Assembly: GCA_050291625.1 (NCBI GenBank)
Contig: JBNKKC010000127.1
Span: 4,470-68,469, forward strand
Source of the DNA: Desulfobacteraceae bacterium
GTDB lineage: Bacteria > Desulfobacterota > Desulfobacteria > Desulfobacterales > Desulfosarcinaceae
Reading direction: 5' to 3'
DNA: 64,000 nt
The translations under genes were made by a program, and so were the position numbers. A model generated the notes under the pieces. The model saw only the letters and a program-made list of their open reading frames with translations. It did not search any database and had not been told where the DNA came from. Positions 17,664 to 25,526 of this stretch are shown here, one piece after another (position 1 is the stretch's first letter; every line of letters starts with the position of its first letter).

Positions 17664-18034
17664 AGTGTTAAGAGTTAAGTGTTAAGTGTTAAGTTAATGT
17701 ATTCTACCATTTAGAGGCCATCACCGCAGCACGGACACGGCGATCAAGCGCTGCCATGCATTGAGTTGCCAACACCAGGCCGGCACAGAGGCCCCACACA
17801 AGACCAGCGGGACAGGCCGGCCCGGCGCTGTTAAGGACATCATTGGTCGAGGAAATGGTCTTCGTAGGGCGGGCCAGTCCCGCTGGTCTTATGCGGGGGC
17901 TCTGTCCCGACCAATGGGCAGGCATGACGGCGAAGCCCTCCGGCTCTGACCTGGCCTGAAAGACCGGATTTTCAAGCTATTATAAAATTGGTTCCAATCC
18001 TTCCCTTAACACTTAAAACTTAACACTTAACACT
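17664..18034. repeat. A 371-bp insert bounded by 30-bp inverted arrays of the heptamer TGTTAAG (element B). MITE-like, or a structured RNA.
   Basis: The left arm agtgttaagagttaagtgttaagtgttaag (17664-17693) matches the reverse complement of the right arm (18005-18034) at 28 of 30 positions. The GC-rich interior has a 13-bp perfect stem, agaccagcgggac (17801-17813) with gtcccgctggtct (17877-17889). Confidence 0.7.
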
Positions 18035-18073
18035 GTTCGCCTGAACATGAAGTAAAAGCAAAAGGCGGATAAA

Positions 18074-18739
18074 ATGCCGACACAACCAAATCAAGTCAAG
18101 CCGATACTGCCATCCGGAATATATGGCATGACGGCCAGCAAGTTCTCCCGCGGCCGGTCGAACATCGACGTCGTCCGGCAGATGATCGCCGGTGGCATAA
18201 AGGTCATCCAGTATCGCGAAAAACGGCCTCATACCAGCCATCGCGTCATGCTCGACGAATGCAGGCAGCTGCGCGCCATCACACGCAGGCATGGCGTATT
18301 GTTTATCGTCAACGACCATGTTGATCTTGCCATGCTGGTCGATGCGGACGGCGTCCACGTGGGCCAGGACGATCTGCCGGTGGACCAGGTCCGCAAACTG
18401 GTGGGACCCGATAAGATCATCGGGCTCTCCACCCATTCACCGCAGCAGGCGCAGGAGGCGATGGAAGTCGGGGCCGATTATATCGGCGTCGGCCCCATCT
18501 TCAGCACCCGGACCAAAGAGGATGTCTGCGATCCGGTGGGCCTGGAGTACCTGGCGTACGCCGTCAGGAACGTCACTATCCCGTTTGTCGCCATCGGCGG
18601 CATCAAATCCCACAACATCGAACAGGTCAGTCGTCTAGGCACCCGGACGATCTGCCTGGTCACCGAGATTGTCGGCGCCGACGATATCGCTGACATGGCG
18701 CGAAAGCTGCTCTCCCAGATGGCCCCTTCTCACAAGTAA
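18074..18739 (+). CDS. thiE: Thiamine-phosphate synthase ThiE
   Basis: The 221-aa protein matches the ThiE family through IQYREK, FIVNDHVDLA, DGVHVGQDD, IGVGPIF.T.TK and FVAIGGI. Confidence 0.9.
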   Translation: MPTQPNQVKPILPSGIYGMTASKFSRGRSNIDVVRQMIAGGIKVIQYREKRPHTSHRVMLDECRQLRAITRRHGVLFIVNDHVDLAMLVDADGVHVGQDDLPVDQVRKLVGPDKIIGLSTHSPQQAQEAMEVGADYIGVGPIFSTRTKEDVCDPVGLEYLAYAVRNVTIPFVAIGGIKSHNIEQVSRLGTRTICLVTEIVGADDIADMARKLLSQMAPSHK

Positions 18740-18814
18740 TCCAATCGAACGGCCTCACAGAAAGGTTGCGGTGTAGACAAATGGCCCTCATGTGTGCAAC
18801 AAAACAAAGTGACA

Positions 18815-18842
18815 GGTTTTGAGACAATTCATTAGGCAAGGA
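18815..18842 (-). repeat. Solo arm remnant of the family A repeat, supplying the RBS of the downstream gene
   Basis: ggttttgagacaattcattaggcaagga matches the copy-2 left end ggctttaagacaattcatttggcaaggc. The AAGGAG lies 7 nt before the ATG at 18850. Confidence 0.6.
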
Positions 18843-18849
18843 GAAAAGC

Positions 18850-19722
18850 ATGGCACTACCAAACGACCTGCCGGAATGGATCGATAAACAAATCAGTGCG
18901 TTTACCGCCGAATCAGAACAAAATTGCCTGGGACCGGAGTCGCAGGAGCCGGCGTTTGACGCTCCGCTGGTTGGATTCAGCAGCGGCGGCGACCCGTTGT
19001 ACGATGAATTTGTATCGCACATCGGAGATTTTTATCTCACCCCGCTGCAGGTCTTTCAGAAGGCGTTCCCGGAATCCTCCGGGGTCACGGCCGATGAATT
19101 GACCGTCATCAGCTGGGTCCTGCCCTCGACGGCCGCCGTGCGAGCCGAGCAGGCCGGGCAGAGCAAACGACCGTCCCGCCGCTGGGCCCAGGTTCGATTC
19201 TACGGTGAAGCATTCAACATGCTGCTGCGCAAAAAAGTGGTTGAGTTTTTGACCGATCATAACGTCGAAGCGGTGGCCCCCATGGCATCCGAGTTTTGGA
19301 GCCGCTCGGACAAAGGCCCGTATGCCCCCTGTTCCAACTGGTCGGAGCGACATGCCGCCTATGCATCGGGCCTGGGGACCTTTGGTCTATGCGACGGCCT
19401 GATCACGCCGGTGGGCAAGGCCATGCGCACCGGATCGGTGGTTGCGCGCATCCGTATCACCCCTACGTTGCGACCCTACACGGACCATCATGCCTATTGC
19501 CTCTACTATTCGCACGGCAGCTGCGGCAAATGCATCCCCAGGTGCCCGGTCAAGGCCATCGATGAAAACGGGCACCACAAAAAGCGCTGCCAGCAATATA
19601 CGGAAGGCAAAATGCCCGACTTCTTGAAAACAACGTACAACATTGATATCTCGGCGTGCGGCCTATGTCAGGTCGAGGTGCCGTGCATGCATCATATACC
19701 GGACCCGGAAGAGGGCCTTTAG
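18850..19722 (+). CDS. QueG/reductive-dehalogenase-superfamily 4Fe-4S protein (epoxyqueuosine-reductase-like)
   Basis: WSERHAAYASGLGTFG, and two ferredoxin-type clusters: CGKCIPRCPVKAI and CGLCQVEVPC. Confidence 0.6.
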   Translation: MALPNDLPEWIDKQISAFTAESEQNCLGPESQEPAFDAPLVGFSSGGDPLYDEFVSHIGDFYLTPLQVFQKAFPESSGVTADELTVISWVLPSTAAVRAEQAGQSKRPSRRWAQVRFYGEAFNMLLRKKVVEFLTDHNVEAVAPMASEFWSRSDKGPYAPCSNWSERHAAYASGLGTFGLCDGLITPVGKAMRTGSVVARIRITPTLRPYTDHHAYCLYYSHGSCGKCIPRCPVKAIDENGHHKKRCQQYTEGKMPDFLKTTYNIDISACGLCQVEVPCMHHIPDPEEGL

Positions 19723-19820
19723 GCTTTAAGATAATTCATTTGGACGGCGTTATCGGTCGTCGCGGTATTGGTAATACAGCTTCCTCCCTCTAGCCTTGCC
19801 AAATGAATTATCTTAAAGCC
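19722..19820 (+). repeat. Family A hairpin repeat, copy 3
   Basis: Perfect 22-bp arms ggctttaagataattcatttgg and ccaaatgaattatcttaaagcc. It starts at the stop codon of the preceding gene. Confidence 0.9.
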
Positions 19821-19822
19821 TA

Positions 19823-19921
19823 TTTTAAACGATTATTCATTTGGACGGCGTTATCGGTCGTCGCGGTGTTGGTCATACAGCTTCCTCCCGCTGGCCTTGC
19901 CAAATGAATTATCTTAAAGCC
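19823..19921 (+). repeat. Family A hairpin repeat, copy 4, in tandem with copy 3 and with a degenerate outer left arm
   Basis: The core and right arm are nearly identical to copy 3. The left arm ttttaaacgattattcatttgg is only partly conserved. Confidence 0.85.
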
Positions 19922-19962
19922 TATATAATCGTCACTCCAAGGATTTCAGAAAGGAGCTTGTT

Positions 19963-20355
19963 TTGACCCCAGAACCGATCACTTCGGCCTTGTCAACCGG
20001 GATGATGCATTATATCGACCGGTCACAGGAAATCGAGACGATGGAGTGGATACCCCATCCAAAATTCAGCGGAGCGTTTTTAAAACACCTGATCAAAGGC
20101 GCCGACAACGACAACCATGCCAGCTGCCATCTGGTGCGTATCAATCCCGGATGCCAACTGGACAACCACATCCATGAAAACGAGTGGGAGTACCACCATG
20201 TTCTGGAAGGTGAGGCGCGCGGATACCTGGAAGGAAAAGAGATGGTCTACAAACCGGGGGTGCTTGCCGTGATTCCCAAGGGGAAGGTCCACAAGATAGT
20301 GGCCGGTGAATCGGGATTGGTCATCCTGGCGACGTTCTTGCCGGCACTGGTTTGA
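19963..20355 (+). CDS. Cupin-domain protein
   Basis: A 130-aa protein with the His-containing cupin motifs LDNHIHENEWEYHHVLEG and GKVHKIVA. TTG start 6 nt after AAGGAG. Confidence 0.7.
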   Translation: MTPEPITSALSTGMMHYIDRSQEIETMEWIPHPKFSGAFLKHLIKGADNDNHASCHLVRINPGCQLDNHIHENEWEYHHVLEGEARGYLEGKEMVYKPGVLAVIPKGKVHKIVAGESGLVILATFLPALV

Positions 20356-21908
20356 GGTCGATCGAAACGGTGCCAGATCCCCGGATATGCTTGATCCACC
20401 CGCCGGTGGCCAAACCTTCGGAACCACCGGCGGGCGTGACGCGCCTGGCCGGGGCGTTACGCGGCCACGGCGTTTCATGCAGCATTATCGACGCAAATCT
20501 TGAAGGCCTGCTGGCCGTTGTGCGGCAGGATCACAATGTCCGGGATACATGGTCCGCGCGAGCCCGCCGCCATCTCGACAGACATCTGGCGGCCCTGCGA
20601 TCAATGGAAACCTATCGACATCCCGACCGATACAGGCGGGCCGTGGCGGATATCAACCGGCTTCTGGAAATTGCCGGGGAAAACCAAACCATACGCATCG
20701 GACTGGCGAACTATTCGGACCAAGCCCTCAGCCCGGTGCGCAGCGACCATTTGATTCGAGCTGCGAGGCGTCCGGACCGCAACCCGTTTTTTGCATACTA
20801 CCAACAAGCGCTTATCCCGCGCCTGCTTTCGTCTCCCCCTGATATCGTGGGAGTCTCGATCAACTATCTGTCCCAGGCATTGTGTGCTTTCTCCCTGATC
20901 GGGATGCTGCGAACCGCGCTGCCGGAGTCAAAGATCGTCATCGGCGGAGGTCTCGTCACCTCGTGGAGCCGACGCATCGATCTATTGACATGCTTTCATG
21001 GTTTCGTGGATCGCGTCGTGGCAGGGCCCGGAGAATCGGCCCTGCTGCAATCGGCGGGTATAAACATCTCGCGGAAACACTGCCCGCCTGCCTATCAGGA
21101 TTTGCTCGGACATGCCTACCTGAGCCCGGGCCGGGTGCTGCCCTACAGCGCCTCCAGCGGATGCTGGTGGCGCAAGTGCGCCTTCTGCCCCGAGCGGGCC
21201 GAGCAACAGGCCTATCGTCCCCTGCCCCACTCGATCGTAACGGACCAGCTGAGGCAGCTGTGCCGGGCAATCGATCCGGTCATGATTCATTTGTTGGACA
21301 ATGCCCTCTCCCCGGCACTGCTGAAAGCACTGGCCCTCAATCCCCCGGGCGCCCCGTGGTACGGCTTTGTGCGCATTGCCGCGCCGCTGGACGATCCCGA
21401 ATTTTGCAAGCAACTGGCGGCATCGGGTTGCGCCATGCTCAAGATCGGTCTCGAAACGGGCGATCCAAAGGTACTGGAAGCCATGGATAAAGGAACCGAT
21501 CTGGCCGCGGCATCCAGAATGCTGCACAATTTGAAGCGCGCCGGCATCGCCACCTACGTTTACCTGCTGTTCGGAACTCCGGTCGAAGATGAAACCTCCG
21601 CCCAAAAAACCCTGTCATATATCGCCGCCCGCGCGGATGACATCGACTTTTTAAATCTGGCCATCTTCAACCTGCCCGTGGCAAGCCAGCAGGCCTGCGA
21701 ACTGGACCTCAGGGACTTCTACCCGGGCGATCTGGCGCTATACAGCGATTTTATCCACCCGAAGGGTTGGAACCGCGCAAATGTCCGCCGATTCGTGGAA
21801 AAAAAGGTCAAAAAACATCCCCGGATCCAGCCTATCCTCCGTCACGACCCCCCGATATTCACCTCCAACCACGCCCCCTTTTTGAAACAGCGGCCGAAGC
21901 AAGGATAA
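20352..21908 (+). CDS. B12-binding-domain / radical SAM protein
   Basis: The N-terminus ICLIHPP is typical of the B12-binding rSAM class. The cluster region is SGCWWRKCAFCPE. TTG start overlaps the cupin stop (TTGA). Confidence 0.7.
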   Translation: MRSIETVPDPRICLIHPPVAKPSEPPAGVTRLAGALRGHGVSCSIIDANLEGLLAVVRQDHNVRDTWSARARRHLDRHLAALRSMETYRHPDRYRRAVADINRLLEIAGENQTIRIGLANYSDQALSPVRSDHLIRAARRPDRNPFFAYYQQALIPRLLSSPPDIVGVSINYLSQALCAFSLIGMLRTALPESKIVIGGGLVTSWSRRIDLLTCFHGFVDRVVAGPGESALLQSAGINISRKHCPPAYQDLLGHAYLSPGRVLPYSASSGCWWRKCAFCPERAEQQAYRPLPHSIVTDQLRQLCRAIDPVMIHLLDNALSPALLKALALNPPGAPWYGFVRIAAPLDDPEFCKQLAASGCAMLKIGLETGDPKVLEAMDKGTDLAAASRMLHNLKRAGIATYVYLLFGTPVEDETSAQKTLSYIAARADDIDFLNLAIFNLPVASQQACELDLRDFYPGDLALYSDFIHPKGWNRANVRRFVEKKVKKHPRIQPILRHDPPIFTSNHAPFLKQRPKQG

Positions 21909-22204
21909 AAGCACCATCCGGGCTTGAACTTGCAATATATCCCTTTTCCCATTATGCTGTTATTGAACGTTCAGTATGGATACCTGCTCCTCTTCAGTGT
22001 TTGAGACACTTTCAGCCGGCTTTTACATGCATTCATTTCGGACTCGCGCTAAACGGTGACAGCACGTCCCGAATGGTTTAAGTTTTGACGCATGCAAAAC
22101 AAATGGTTTGAGTTGAAAACTATTCAAGTCCTCGGAATAAGATGCCGATAATGTTGTCAATGACAGGATAATGACGCCCGATATGGAATAAATTGGAGTT
22201 GATC

Positions 22205-23218
22205 ATGGCACTTTCGTTATCTGCACACGAAGCGAACGTTGAGCAATACATTCAGACCGGCAAGACCGAACGAGCGGTTGAACTGCTTTATCAACTGGCC
22301 ATCGCCAGCGCCAAAAAGGGACTGTTTCAGAAATCGGAATCCTATCGTGACCGGTTATATGAGGTCGACAGCATGGCGTTGTCCCGCATCGTGGCCGTCA
22401 ACGAAGTCATTGAAAACCAAAAAAGCAGACTCATGCCGCCCGATTATCGCAAGCTTTGGGCGACGTTTTTTGAAAAGCTGTCAGGGCAAGAGGCCAACGC
22501 GTTTTTTTTCTCGCTGAAAAAAGCCAACGTCGATAGTGAACGAATTATCCTCAGACAGGGCAAACCCAACGACCGGCTCTTCCTGGTCCGCCAGGGCCAG
22601 CTCAAAGCAGTCTATATGGACAAGGAGAAGGAACTGCTGCTGCGAAAGCTCGGAAGCGGCGATATCTTCGGAGAAGATACATTTTTTTCCGTCAATGTCT
22701 GCACCGCTACTATTAAAACGCTGACGCCGGTAAGTTTGAGCTACATCAAATATACAGATCTGGAAGAGCTCGGGAGAAAACACGAATCCCTGGCCTCCAA
22801 CCTGGAAAAAATCTGCACGGCGGGCCAGTCCCTGACAGATGTCATCCGGCGAAAAGGCATCGATCGCCGTGCGCACAAACGCTACAATCTTAACTGCAAA
22901 GTCTGGTTTCAATTGCTCGAATCAGACAACCCCAAAGCCTTGAATCGATCCATCGCTGCCGAGCTGTGGGACATCTCCAAACACGGGCTTTCGTTCTACT
23001 TCCAGTCCAAAAATCGAGAGGCGGTACGACATCTCATCGGCCGACCGATAGGTGTCAAATTCAACTTGAATATCGACGGAGAGAACAAAACCATCGCCAC
23101 AACCGGTGTCGTTCATGGCGTCGACAGCCACCCACTCGACGAGTATTCCATCCACCTCCAACTGAATCGTCCGTTCAGCCGCGACGCGATGAAGACTATC
23201 GCCAAGTTGGCAACGTAA
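22205..23218 (+). CDS. Cyclic-nucleotide-binding domain plus C-terminal PilZ domain protein
   Basis: The cNMP-binding core is ILRQGKPNDRLFLVRQGQLKAVY...GSGDIFGE. The PilZ motifs are RRAHKRY and DISKHGLSF. The ATG lies 6 nt after GGAG. Confidence 0.75.
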   Translation: MALSLSAHEANVEQYIQTGKTERAVELLYQLAIASAKKGLFQKSESYRDRLYEVDSMALSRIVAVNEVIENQKSRLMPPDYRKLWATFFEKLSGQEANAFFFSLKKANVDSERIILRQGKPNDRLFLVRQGQLKAVYMDKEKELLLRKLGSGDIFGEDTFFSVNVCTATIKTLTPVSLSYIKYTDLEELGRKHESLASNLEKICTAGQSLTDVIRRKGIDRRAHKRYNLNCKVWFQLLESDNPKALNRSIAAELWDISKHGLSFYFQSKNREAVRHLIGRPIGVKFNLNIDGENKTIATTGVVHGVDSHPLDEYSIHLQLNRPFSRDAMKTIAKLAT

Positions 23219-23346
23219 GGAAAAATCGTGTTCAGTGGAAAAAATTAGTTCATGACCATTCAGCAAGATCAAGTTAAGCACTGTAGCAATTGAATTCGAC
23301 ATTTTTTAACGAACTTGGACTTATTGGACAATCTGCAAAAAAAGAT

Positions 23347-23375
23347 TTGACATATGCATTTGTGTGCATTAATAA
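23347..23375 (+). promoter_or_regulatory. Putative arsR promoter with an embedded inverted repeat (operator candidate)
   Basis: TTGACA, a 17-nt spacer, then TAATAA. The spacer holds ATGCA-tttgtg-TGCAT. A related inverted repeat, TGTGCAT-N10-ATGCACA, lies at about 23750-23790, upstream of arsM. Confidence 0.4.
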
Positions 23376-23382
23376 TCAAACT

Positions 23383-23736
23383 ATGAGCAAAACAGCCCCC
23401 CAAAATGGCGAAGCGTGCCTCAACGATCTGGTGGACCATTTCGATGCCCGCTTTTTCAAAACCCTCAGTGAACCCGTGCGGGTCGACCTGTTGAAATTTC
23501 TCATCCTCAACGGCCGGTCCGACATCGGAACCATTGCCGACCACATGCCTCAGGATCGTTCGGTCGTATCACGGCACCTGAATCTGATGCATGAGGCCGG
23601 CATACTGAACTGCTGGAAAGAAACCCGCTACGTTTATTATGAAATCAATGGGAGGGCGTTCATTGACAAACTGCAGGCCATCACCCGCAAGTTGAAAAAA
23701 TGCATGGAGGTCTGCTGCCCGGACTGCTGCAAGTAG
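23383..23736 (+). CDS. arsR: ArsR/SmtB-family metalloregulator with a C-terminal Cys cluster
   Basis: The winged-helix core is LSEPVRVDLLKFL...IADHMPQDRSVVSRHLNLMHEAGIL. The tail is KKCMEVCCPDCCK. It lies adjacent to arsM. Confidence 0.8.
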   Translation: MSKTAPQNGEACLNDLVDHFDARFFKTLSEPVRVDLLKFLILNGRSDIGTIADHMPQDRSVVSRHLNLMHEAGILNCWKETRYVYYEINGRAFIDKLQAITRKLKKCMEVCCPDCCK

Positions 23737-23805
23737 CCCAAAAAATTTTTCCCAAACATGTGCATTTAGACACATATGCACACAACTACTGAAATGGAGG
23801 AAACA

Positions 23806-24675
23806 ATGGACACTCACGAACAAGAAAAGATTCGCGAAGCAGTGCGCAACCGCTACGCACAGGTAGCCGCAGGCCCTGTCGACATCAACGGAACAAAACA
23901 AGCATCACGGGCCGGATGCTGTGCGCCGGATCACTCTGCAACGTCAGGTCCGGCATCCGGCTGCGGCTGCAGCCCCCAAGGCGGCCGGACGCTTTCCAGT
24001 CCCGCTGCATCTCAGATAGGCTATTCTGAAAATGATATCGAGAGTGCGCCGGAAGGCGCCAATCTGGGTCTTGGGTGCGGCAATCCGGTGGCATTGGCAT
24101 CGTTGAAAACCGGTGAAACGGTGGTGGACCTGGGCAGCGGCGGCGGTTTCGACTGTTTTCTGGCCGCCGGGAAAGTCGGACCGGCAGGCCGTGTCATCGG
24201 AGTCGATATGACACCTGAAATGATTCAAAAGGCCAGAAACAATGCCCAGAAGGTCGACGCAGACAACGTCGAATTCCGTCTCGGTGAGATCGAGCACCTG
24301 CCGGTGGCCGACAACAGCGCAGACATCATTCTCTCAAATTGCGTCATCAATCTCTCGGTGGATAAACGGCAGGTATTCCGCGAAGCCTTGCGTGTTCTCA
24401 AACCCGGCGGCCGCCTGGCCATTTCCGACATTCTGGCCACGGCGCCGTTGCCGCCCGAGGTACAGAAAGACCTGGCGTTGATTTCGGCCTGCGTGGGCGG
24501 GGCTGCCACTGTGGATGAAACCCGAACAATGCTTGAGCGCGAAGGTTTTGTCGATATCCGCATCGATATGATCGACAAAAGCCGCCAGATTATCAACGCT
24601 TACACCGACGGCGGTGATGCGGGAGATTATATCGCTTCGGCCAATATCCAGGCCCGCAAGCCGCAGCGGCAATGA
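23806..24675 (+). CDS. arsM: Arsenite S-adenosylmethionine methyltransferase
   Basis: REAVRNRYAQVA, an N-terminal Cys pair (GCCAP), the SAM motif VVDLGSGGGFDCF, and the conserved Cys in SNCVINLS. GGAGG lies 5 nt upstream of the ATG. Confidence 0.85.
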   Translation: MDTHEQEKIREAVRNRYAQVAAGPVDINGTKQASRAGCCAPDHSATSGPASGCGCSPQGGRTLSSPAASQIGYSENDIESAPEGANLGLGCGNPVALASLKTGETVVDLGSGGGFDCFLAAGKVGPAGRVIGVDMTPEMIQKARNNAQKVDADNVEFRLGEIEHLPVADNSADIILSNCVINLSVDKRQVFREALRVLKPGGRLAISDILATAPLPPEVQKDLALISACVGGAATVDETRTMLEREGFVDIRIDMIDKSRQIINAYTDGGDAGDYIASANIQARKPQRQ

Positions 24676-24738
24676 AGAGACAATTCATCGGAAAGGCCGT
24701 AAACCGATACGATATCAACCCGATTCAAGGAGAGATCT

Positions 24739-25440
24739 ATGAATATGCTTAACACATGTTGCGGTTCTACAGAAGCACTCGGAAATGGACAATCGCCGGA
24801 TGCTGCAGTGCCGCCATCGGACATCGCGGGGTTGTATGACAAGCTTTCCCGCGGCTACGATCTGTGGGCTGGGCTCACGGAGTCCAAGGCGCGGCGATTG
24901 GCGCTGCAGCTGGCCGACATCCGGGACGGCTCGACGGTACTGGAAGTGGCTGTCGGCACCGGTCTGGCGTTTGAGCAAATCGTTCGCCGGAATCCTCAGG
25001 GGAAGAATGTGGGAGTCGATCTATCCAGCGGCATGCTGGCCAAGGCCCGCAAACGACTGGCCAAAGGGAAACACAACAATTACTCCCTGACTCAGGGCTC
25101 TGCAGATGCACTGGCCTTGCCCTCCGGGTCTGTCGACGTGCTGGTAAACGGTTACATGTTCGATTTGATTCCGTTCGAGAAGATGGACGCAATCCTGCAG
25201 GAGGTTAAACGGGTTCTCAAACCGTCGGGCAAGCTGGTGTTGGTGAATATGACCGTCGGGCGCGGATTCGGCAGCACGCTTTACCAGCGTATCTATTGTC
25301 TGTTCCCAAAGGCCATGGGTGGATGCCGAGGCGTGGTTCTGTCGGCAAGACTGCGACGGCTCGGATTCAGGGTAAAGACCAGGGTTTATGTCCAGCAATG
25401 CCTCTTCCCATCCGAAGTCATACTGGCATTCAGCCTATGA
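24739..25440 (+). CDS. Class I SAM-dependent methyltransferase (UbiE/COQ5-like)
   Basis: VLEVAVGTGLAF motif I and a Methyltransf_11-like core. RBS AGGAGA. Confidence 0.75.
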   Translation: MNMLNTCCGSTEALGNGQSPDAAVPPSDIAGLYDKLSRGYDLWAGLTESKARRLALQLADIRDGSTVLEVAVGTGLAFEQIVRRNPQGKNVGVDLSSGMLAKARKRLAKGKHNNYSLTQGSADALALPSGSVDVLVNGYMFDLIPFEKMDAILQEVKRVLKPSGKLVLVNMTVGRGFGSTLYQRIYCLFPKAMGGCRGVVLSARLRRLGFRVKTRVYVQQCLFPSEVILAFSL

Positions 25441-25526
25441 TCCCGCATCGTATCCGCTGGCCGGAGGCGTCTTGCCTTGCATGCGTGCAACCCGGAAACA
25501 TGGGGTTCATACCAGGCGCCTTCCGG

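Noticed and set aside
17704-17949. The 73-aa (minus) and 62-aa (plus) ORFs inside element B
   Set aside because: Both are Arg/Pro/Gly/Ala-rich and have no RBS. They overlap each other within a region dominated by long nucleotide stems. The RNA or DNA structure explains the sequence better than coding does, although a small membrane peptide in the 73-aa frame cannot be fully excluded.
17664-18034. Possibility that the heptamer arrays, or the repeat families A and C, are CRISPR arrays
   Set aside because: The repeats are 7-bp tandem units, or 98-130-bp hairpin elements, not 25-40-bp direct repeats separated by unique spacers. No cas genes are in the window.
17657-18073. A second TPP riboswitch upstream of thiE
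   Set aside because: No CUGAGA or ACCUGAUC-GGAUAAU-type THI-box elements are present in the thiH-thiE spacer on either strand.
21909-22204. A c-di-GMP (GEMM) riboswitch in the leader of the cNMP/PilZ gene
   Set aside because: Only a loose gcaaa-containing stretch (acgcatgcaaaac) was seen. The paired P1/P2 hairpins with a tetraloop and receptor were not found.
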